From: Candidatus Omnitrophota bacterium | GTDB taxonomy: Bacteria; Omnitrophota; Gorgyraeia; Gygaellales; Profunditerraquicolaceae | DNA length: 64,000 bases | Direction of reading: 5' to 3' | Assembly: GCA_025453395.1 (NCBI GenBank) | Contig: JALOQK010000002.1 | Location: 21,625 to 85,624 of the forward strand | Shown here: piece after piece, positions 58,651-64,000 of the stretch | Layout: each line of letters begins with the position of its first letter | Numbering within the stretch: position 1 is the stretch's first letter | Program-made: the position numbers and the translations under genes | Notes under the pieces: model-generated | What the model saw: only the letters and a program-made list of their open reading frames with translations | Told to the model about the DNA's origin: nothing | Databases searched by the model: none

Positions 58651-59385
58651 ATGAGAAGATTTTTCTGCCCTTCGGAGAATATCAGGAATAATAAAATATG
58701 CATTAGTGACAAAGATACGCTTCATCATATAAAAGATGTCTTGCGCATGAAGCCAAAAGACGAAGCAGTTATTTTTAGTGAAAAATCCGATGAATTTAAA
58801 GCCTGTCTGGAATCTGTGGATGAAGAAAAGGCCCAGTTTTTTATTAAGCAAGCTTTGATGCCCTCAAAAGAGCAGTTACTTAAGATTACGGTTTGTTGCG
58901 CTATTCCCAAAAAAGCCAAGATGGATGAAATTGTGGATAAGCTTACTCAGCTTGGTGTAGAGAAGATTATTCCGTTAGCCAGCGACCATGTGATCGGGCG
59001 CATGGACAAACAAAGGCAAAAGGAAAAAGTCGCGCGCTGGCAAAGGATCGCTAAAAGCGCCAGCCTCCAAAGCCAGAGGAATATCATACCGGTTGTAGAA
59101 GAGATTAAAACCGTGGATGAGGCGCTTAAAGAAAACAATGCTTTTGACCTTAAGGTCATTGCTAATTTAGCCAATCGCCCCAAATTCCTAAAAGATGTTT
59201 TTTCCCCGGATAAGCACAAGAGGATTCTTGTTTTTATCGGTCCAGAAGGTGATTTTTCCGCGCGGGAAATAAATTTGGCCTTAGAAAATTCCTGTGTTGC
59301 GGTTTCCCTGGGAGAAACTACCCTTAGGGTGGATACCGCGGCGATTGCGGTGGTAAGTTATATAAAGCTTAGTAACGCGTGTTAG
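58651..59385 (+). CDS. rsmE: 16S rRNA m3U1498 methyltransferase
   Basis: HIKDVLRMK, KLTQLGV, FIGPEGDF, LGETTLRVDTA. Confidence 0.94.
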   Translation: MRRFFCPSENIRNNKICISDKDTLHHIKDVLRMKPKDEAVIFSEKSDEFKACLESVDEEKAQFFIKQALMPSKEQLLKITVCCAIPKKAKMDEIVDKLTQLGVEKIIPLASDHVIGRMDKQRQKEKVARWQRIAKSASLQSQRNIIPVVEEIKTVDEALKENNAFDLKVIANLANRPKFLKDVFSPDKHKRILVFIGPEGDFSAREINLALENSCVAVSLGETTLRVDTAAIAVVSYIKLSNAC

Positions 59386-59483
59386 CTAAAAATTAAAAGC
59401 GCAAAGCGTAAAACGATAATCCAAAATTCAAAATTTTTAATTTTACGCTATAGCTTTTCGCTTTTCGCTTTACGCTTTTAGCT
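59384..59483. repeat. Empty palindromic heptamer element
   Basis: AGCTAAAA...AAAGCGTAAAACGATAATCCAAAATTCAAAA|TTTTTAATTTTACGCTATAGCTTTTCGC...TTTTAGCT. Confidence 0.92.
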
Positions 59484-59488
59484 TATTT

Positions 59489-60724
59489 ATGAAAAAGACC
59501 ATTAAATTTTATACCCTCGGCTGTAAGGCCAACCAATACGAAACACAGAGCATAAGAGAATACTTTTTGAATAATGGTTTTAGCGAGAAAGAAGGTAGCG
59601 CTAAAGCAAATGTCTATGTTATTAATACCTGTACGGTAACTTCCAAGGCTGACAGCCAATCGCTTAATATTATCCGCCGCCTGCGCAAGGAAAATCCAAA
59701 GGCTAAAATTATTGTTACCGGGTGTTTGACTGAATTAGACGCGGATAAAATTAAACAAGCCTGCCAGGTTGATTCCATTATTAAGAATAAAGACAAAAAT
59801 AAGATTTCCCAATCCATTTCATATTTTAAAAACCATACCCGCGCTTTCTTAAAAGTGCAAGACGGCTGTAATTATTTCTGTTCGTATTGTAAAGTGCCTT
59901 TGGTGCGCGGGCGTTCTCAAAGCCGGGATTTTAATCAGATCATTTCCGAAGCCGAGAGGCTTTCGGCCAATGGCTATAAGGAAATTGTTTTAACCGGCAT
60001 TTGCCTGGGCTCTTATCAGGATTTGGCAAAATTAGTAAGCACTTTAGAGAAAATCCCTGGGTTGCTGCGTTTAAGATTAAGCTCCATTGAGCCGCAAGAT
60101 ATAAAAGATGATCTAATAAAAGTTATCAAGAATTCTTCGGTTTTATGCCGGCATTTGCATATTCCGTTACAAAGCGGAGATGATAGTATTCTAAAGAAAA
60201 TGCGCCGGCGTTACAGCAGCAAAGATTTTTTGCGGTTAGTTAAGAAAATCCGCAAGAATATCCCCGGCATTGCCATTACTACCGATTGTTTAGTGGGGTT
60301 TCCCGGCGAAACAAAAGAGAATTTTCAGAATACTGTAAAATTGATAAAAGAAATAAATCCTCTTAAGGTGCATATCTTTCCGTATTCGCCGCGGCCAGGC
60401 ACGCAAAGCTACCTAAAATATAAAACGCAAGTTGATTTAGAAGAAGTAAAAGAAAAATGCCGCATGCTTGAGGCAGTAAACTCTAATCAAGCCAAGAAAT
60501 ACTTACGTAAATTCTTAAATAAGCCGATGGATGTTCTAATAGAGGGCAAGGTTAAAGGCGCAAGCGAATTTTGGCAGGGGCATACTTCAAATTACATAAA
60601 AGTGCTTGTGGATTCCAAGGAAAATTTGTATAATAAAATAATAAAAGTTGCGCCTAATAAGCTTAAGAATGAGTGTTTGCAAGCTATAAGCTATAAGCGT
60701 AGAGCGAAAAATGCAAAACCATAA
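59489..60724 (+). CDS. mtaB: tRNA methylthiotransferase (MiaB-like radical SAM)
   Basis: TLGCKANQYET, INTCTVT, KVQDGCNYFCSYC, HIPLQSG, GFPGET. Confidence 0.9.
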   Translation: MKKTIKFYTLGCKANQYETQSIREYFLNNGFSEKEGSAKANVYVINTCTVTSKADSQSLNIIRRLRKENPKAKIIVTGCLTELDADKIKQACQVDSIIKNKDKNKISQSISYFKNHTRAFLKVQDGCNYFCSYCKVPLVRGRSQSRDFNQIISEAERLSANGYKEIVLTGICLGSYQDLAKLVSTLEKIPGLLRLRLSSIEPQDIKDDLIKVIKNSSVLCRHLHIPLQSGDDSILKKMRRRYSSKDFLRLVKKIRKNIPGIAITTDCLVGFPGETKENFQNTVKLIKEINPLKVHIFPYSPRPGTQSYLKYKTQVDLEEVKEKCRMLEAVNSNQAKKYLRKFLNKPMDVLIEGKVKGASEFWQGHTSNYIKVLVDSKENLYNKIIKVAPNKLKNECLQAISYKRRAKNAKP

Positions 60725-60849
60725 TTCAAAACTTAAAATTTTAAATTTTACGCTATAGTTTTACGCTTTGCGCTTTAAGTTTTTAGTTTTTAAGGTTTTG
60801 AATTTTTAATTATGGCTTTTAGCTCTTAGTTTTTAGCTTACAGCTTACA
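60681..60849. repeat. Compound palindromic heptamer element (one left arm, two right arms)
   Basis: Left arm overlaps mtaB 3' end; second right arm TTTTGAATTTTTAATTATGGCTTTTAGCT at ~60796. Confidence 0.88.
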
Positions 60850-60860
60850 AGGAGGCTGAT

Positions 60861-61349
60861 ATGTTTAAAAGATTGTTCTGTCTGGTTGTTATTTTTATTC
60901 TTCCGGCAATAGTTTTTGCTTTAGAGGAACAGATTACGGTTACAACTTATTATCCCAGCCCCTATGGCTCATACGCGGAACTGCGTTCAAAGAAAATGGT
61001 AATTGGAGCTACCTATATAAAAGAAAGTACTTTGCCAACTTCTTCTGTTGCGGATAGTAATTTAATAGTAGAAGGAAATGTTGGTATTGGGATAACAGCT
61101 CCGGTAGCAAAGTTGGAGGTGAATGGTGCTGCTATAATTCAGGGTAATGCCGTAATTAATAATGGTGCTAATATCATGAATGGCCTGCAAACTGATCAAC
61201 TTAGAGTTATGAGTACAGTCCAATTCCCTTTCCCCCCACCCGGTCCGGTTGGTTCTAGTATTTTATGTGTAAAAAATGGTGGTTTTATCGGAACCTGTAA
61301 TCCTACTATAAATGGAGGTACTAATACGTTTACATGTATTTGTAACTAA
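60861..61349 (+). CDS. Secreted hypothetical protein (TTYYPSPYG motif, fibre-like GNVGIG repeat)
   Basis: AAGGAGG RBS, signal peptide, GNVGIGITAPVAKLEVNG. Confidence 0.75.
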   Translation: MFKRLFCLVVIFILPAIVFALEEQITVTTYYPSPYGSYAELRSKKMVIGATYIKESTLPTSSVADSNLIVEGNVGIGITAPVAKLEVNGAAIIQGNAVINNGANIMNGLQTDQLRVMSTVQFPFPPPGPVGSSILCVKNGGFIGTCNPTINGGTNTFTCICN

Positions 61350-61526
61350 TCATTCCAATATAGCCTGCATAGATAAATTTATGCATTTATTTGTAAGATT
61401 GCCTTCTTTTTTGCGTCTAATAGCGTAAGAGAGGAGGTTTTTTATGTCTACCATTAAAGTGTCAAGTTAAATCCCAAATCCAAATAATACCAAATCCCGG
61501 ATTGTCTGGTATGAGTAAATGACGGT

Positions 61527-61992
61527 AGCGAAAAGTGTAAAGCGAAAAATGTAAAAGTATAATTTAAAATTAAAAACAGAAAGAGAGAAATGAACAGCCA
61601 GAATTTGAAATTAAAAGATAGGGCATATCAGTATTCTGTAAAAATAATTGAGTTTCTGGATATATTACCCAAAGATACATCAACCCAGGTTATTTTGAAG
61701 CAACTATTAAGGTCAGCTACTTCTATAGGAGCAAATATTATTGAAGCACAGGCCTCAAGCTCAAAGAGAGATTTTACTAATTTCTTCAGTTATTCTCTTA
61801 AATCTGCTAATGAGAGTTTGTATTGGTTGAGTTTATTAAAAGATGCTAGGAAAGTAGGTAATCCTCAATTAGGGTATCTTTTGGTTGAAACTCAAGAATT
61901 AGCAAATATACTAGCAGCGAGTATTTTGACCTTAAAAGGTAAGAATAAGTTTTGAATTTTTAATTATAGTTTTTAGCTTTAAGCTTTAAGCT
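61527..61992. mobile_element. Putative filled element: heptamer left arm + four-helix-bundle gene + right arm
   Basis: Flanks 61527..61576 and 61950..61992 match the two halves of the empty element at 63143..63243; mobility is inferred. Confidence 0.6.
61590..61955 (+). CDS. Four helix bundle protein (23S rRNA IVP / TIGR02436-like)
   Basis: QLLRSATSIGANIIEA...SKRDF..F...SLKSANESLYWL motif; 121 aa. Confidence 0.92.
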   Translation: MNSQNLKLKDRAYQYSVKIIEFLDILPKDTSTQVILKQLLRSATSIGANIIEAQASSSKRDFTNFFSYSLKSANESLYWLSLLKDARKVGNPQLGYLLVETQELANILAASILTLKGKNKF

Positions 61993-62021
61993 GAGCATAC
62001 AACTTGCAGCTGTTTTTTGCT

Positions 62022-62050
62022 TTGACAGGGACCAAGAGCTGTCTTATAAT
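62022..62050 (+). promoter_or_regulatory. Sigma70 promoter of recA
   Basis: TTGACA-17nt-TATAAT, perfect consensus. Confidence 0.75.
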
Positions 62051-62094
62051 AGAACTCTTGTATTGCTATTATCATAATAAAATGGAGGATTTAA

Positions 62095-63144
62095 ATGAGC
62101 GCGGAAAAGAAAAAAGAAGAGCATAAGAAAGAAGAGCACAAGAAGGAAGAGGCCAAAGAATTATCCAATCGTCAAAAGGCGCTGGAGCTGGCGCTTGCCC
62201 AGATTGAGAAACAGTTTGGCAAAGGTTCAATTATGAAAATGGGAAGCGAAACCCGCTTTGATGTGGAGGCTATCCCTACCGGAGCCCTGACTTTAGATTT
62301 AGCTTTAGGTGTTGGAGGCCTGCCAAGAGGAAGGGTCATTGAGATTTTTGGGCCAGAGGCTTCTGGTAAAACGACTCTTACTTTAAGCGTAATTAAAGAG
62401 ATCCAGAAAAAAGGCGGGGTGGCGGCTTTTATTGACGCGGAGCATGCCTTTGATTCCACATATGCCAAAGTCGTGGGTATTAATCTGGATGATCTTTTGA
62501 TTTCCCAGCCTGACACCGGTGAGCAGGCGCTGGAGATTGCCGAGACCCTGGTGCGCTCCAATGCCGTGGATTTAGTGGTCATAGATTCAGTGGCGGCTTT
62601 AACTCCCAGGGCGGAAATTGAAGGCGAGATGGGTGATTCGCATGTGGGGCTGCAGGCGCGGCTTATGTCGCAGGCTTTAAGAAAACTTACCGCGGCTATC
62701 TCTAAATCCCGCACCTGTGTTATTTTCATTAACCAGCTGCGCGAGAAGATCGGGGTAATGTTTGGCTCTCCGGAAACTACTCCCGGAGGCAGAGCCTTAA
62801 AGTTTTATTCTTCGGTCAGGCTTGACTTAAGAAGGATCCAGACTTTAAAACTCGGCGAACAAGTAGTCGGTAACCGCGTCAGGGCAAGGGTAGTTAAGAA
62901 TAAAGTCGCCCCTCCTTTTAGAGAGGCGGAATTTGAGACGCTGCATAACGAAGGAATAGCCAAGGTAAATACCATTTTGGACGCGGCAGTGAATTTAGAG
63001 ATCGTGGAGAAATCCGGCACTTGGCTTTCTTTTGCCGGAGAGAAACTGGGGCAGGGCCGTGACGCGGCAATTAAGCTGTTAAGGGAAAAGTCCAAGATCG
63101 CGGATGATATTGAGAAGGAAGTCAGGAAGAGAATATCTTTGTAG
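62095..63144 (+). CDS. recA: Recombinase RecA
   Basis: [41 protein letters not shown]. Confidence 0.99.
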   Translation: MSAEKKKEEHKKEEHKKEEAKELSNRQKALELALAQIEKQFGKGSIMKMGSETRFDVEAIPTGALTLDLALGVGGLPRGRVIEIFGPEASGKTTLTLSVIKEIQKKGGVAAFIDAEHAFDSTYAKVVGINLDDLLISQPDTGEQALEIAETLVRSNAVDLVVIDSVAALTPRAEIEGEMGDSHVGLQARLMSQALRKLTAAISKSRTCVIFINQLREKIGVMFGSPETTPGGRALKFYSSVRLDLRRIQTLKLGEQVVGNRVRARVVKNKVAPPFREAEFETLHNEGIAKVNTILDAAVNLEIVEKSGTWLSFAGEKLGQGRDAAIKLLREKSKIADDIEKEVRKRISL

Positions 63145-63243
63145 CGTAAAGTGTAAAGCGAAAAACTAAAAGTTATAATTCAAAATTCAAAAGTTTTTAA
63201 TTTTGCGTTATAGTTTTACGCTTTTAGCTTTAAGTTTTTAGCT
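63143..63243. repeat. Empty palindromic heptamer element
   Basis: AGCGTAAAGTGTAAAGCGAAAAACTAAAAGTTATAATTCAAAATTCAAAA|GTTTTTAATTTTGCGTTATAGTTTTACGCTTTTAGCTTTAAGTTTTTAGCT. Confidence 0.92.
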
Positions 63244-63264
63244 ATCTAAAACAGTGAGGAGAAA

Positions 63265-64000
63265 ATGAAAAATAAAATATTCCTTTATTTTGCAGTATTT
63301 TCTGTCCTTAGTTTTCTAAATGTTCAAGCTCAGAATCTGCCGGCGGTAAATTCTGCGCAAGGCCAGTTTAGCCTGCAGGATGCGGTTATCAATGTTGCCA
63401 GCACCGTTGGTAAAGCGGTAGTATCTATAAGCACCGAAAAAACCGAGAAGATCGGTGTTCCGGGAAAGTCCAGCCGCAGGTTTTATTTTAACCGCCCTTT
63501 CGGTAATAATCAGTACGGGCAAGGCCAGGAAGAATTCTTTGATCGTTTCTTTGAGGATTTTTTCGGGGATATGCCGGAAAGAGAATTTAAACAAAAAGGG
63601 CTAGGCTCGGGAGTAATCATAAGCGAAGACGGTTTTATTTTAACCAATGAGCATGTGATTAGCGGCGCGGATAAGATCACTGTTACCTTGTCCGACGGCA
63701 GAGAGTTTAAGGCAGAGTTGAAAGGCCAGGATGTGCGCTCGGATTTGGCGGTAATCAAGATTAGCGCCGGCAAGAATATCCCTTACGCGAAATTAGGCAG
63801 TTCCGATAGTTTAAGAATTGGGGAATGGGTGGTGGCGATAGGCAACCCTTATGCTTTTGTGATGCAAAACCCCGAGCCTACGGTAACTACAGGAGTAATA
63901 AGCGCGCTGCATCGTTCTTTAGGAAGGACCATGTCCGGCCAAGACCGGGATTACAATGATTTAATCCAGACTGACGCCGCGATTAATCCGGGGAATTCCG
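63265..64000 (+). CDS. HtrA/DegP-family serine protease, 3'-truncated by window edge
   Basis: Translated by eye: signal peptide, GLGSGVII, LTNEHV, DLAVIKI, IQTDAAINPGNS; absent from ORF track because no stop in window. Confidence 0.93.
   Translation, partial: MKNKIFLYFAVFSVLSFLNVQAQNLPAVNSAQGQFSLQDAVINVASTVGKAVVSISTEKTEKIGVPGKSSRRFYFNRPFGNNQYGQGQEEFFDRFFEDFFGDMPEREFKQKGLGSGVIISEDGFILTNEHVISGADKITVTLSDGREFKAELKGQDVRSDLAVIKISAGKNIPYAKLGSSDSLRIGEWVVAIGNPYAFVMQNPEPTVTTGVISALHRSLGRTMSGQDRDYNDLIQTDAAINPGNS

Noticed and set aside
61432-61470. GGAGG followed by an 8-codon ORF (MSTIKVSS)
   Set aside because: Too short to support; may be a gene remnant but there is no other evidence.
62022-62094. LexA/SOS box upstream of recA or uvrA; ARG box upstream of argC
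   Set aside because: No convincing match to boxes I know, and no shared palindrome between recA and uvrA upstream regions.
62107-62152. KKEEH x3 repeat at the RecA N-terminus
   Set aside because: 15-bp codon-phase duplication with synonymous differences; an ordinary low-complexity tail unrelated to the 7/10-bp families.

Overview
A 64-kb, moderately AT-rich bacterial chromosomal segment in which every credible gene is on the + strand. The gene set and protein style suggest a diderm, possibly Candidatus Omnitrophota (inference only). Content in order: duplicated secreted proteins and minor pilins; pagL-like, dusB, batD-like, recG, rsmD, coaD, yceD, rpmF; plsX-fabHDG-acpP-fabF; leuCDB, asd, truA; two GT-C-like membrane proteins; rplM-rpsI; argCJBDFGH; lysA-dapFAB-dapL; folK, panC, nadX; uvrA; a TPR-ExbB-ExbD-TonB-like module; a type IV pilus/T2SS cluster; tRNA-Ala(CGC); an AmmeMemoRadiSam B-A fusion, rsmE, mtaB, a four-helix-bundle gene, recA and a partial degP. 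The most striking unexplained signal is a pervasive set of degenerate 7-bp and 10-bp tandem repeats. They form palindromic intergenic elements and also occur in frame inside recG, fabD, leuC, argC, lysA and dapF. One copy of the ~100-bp heptamer palindrome carries a four-helix-bundle (23S-IVP/Avd-like) gene at its symmetry centre, while four nearby copies are empty. This suggests a filled/empty mobile or excisable cassette system. All calls come from reading the sequence and recalling protein motifs; no searches were run.
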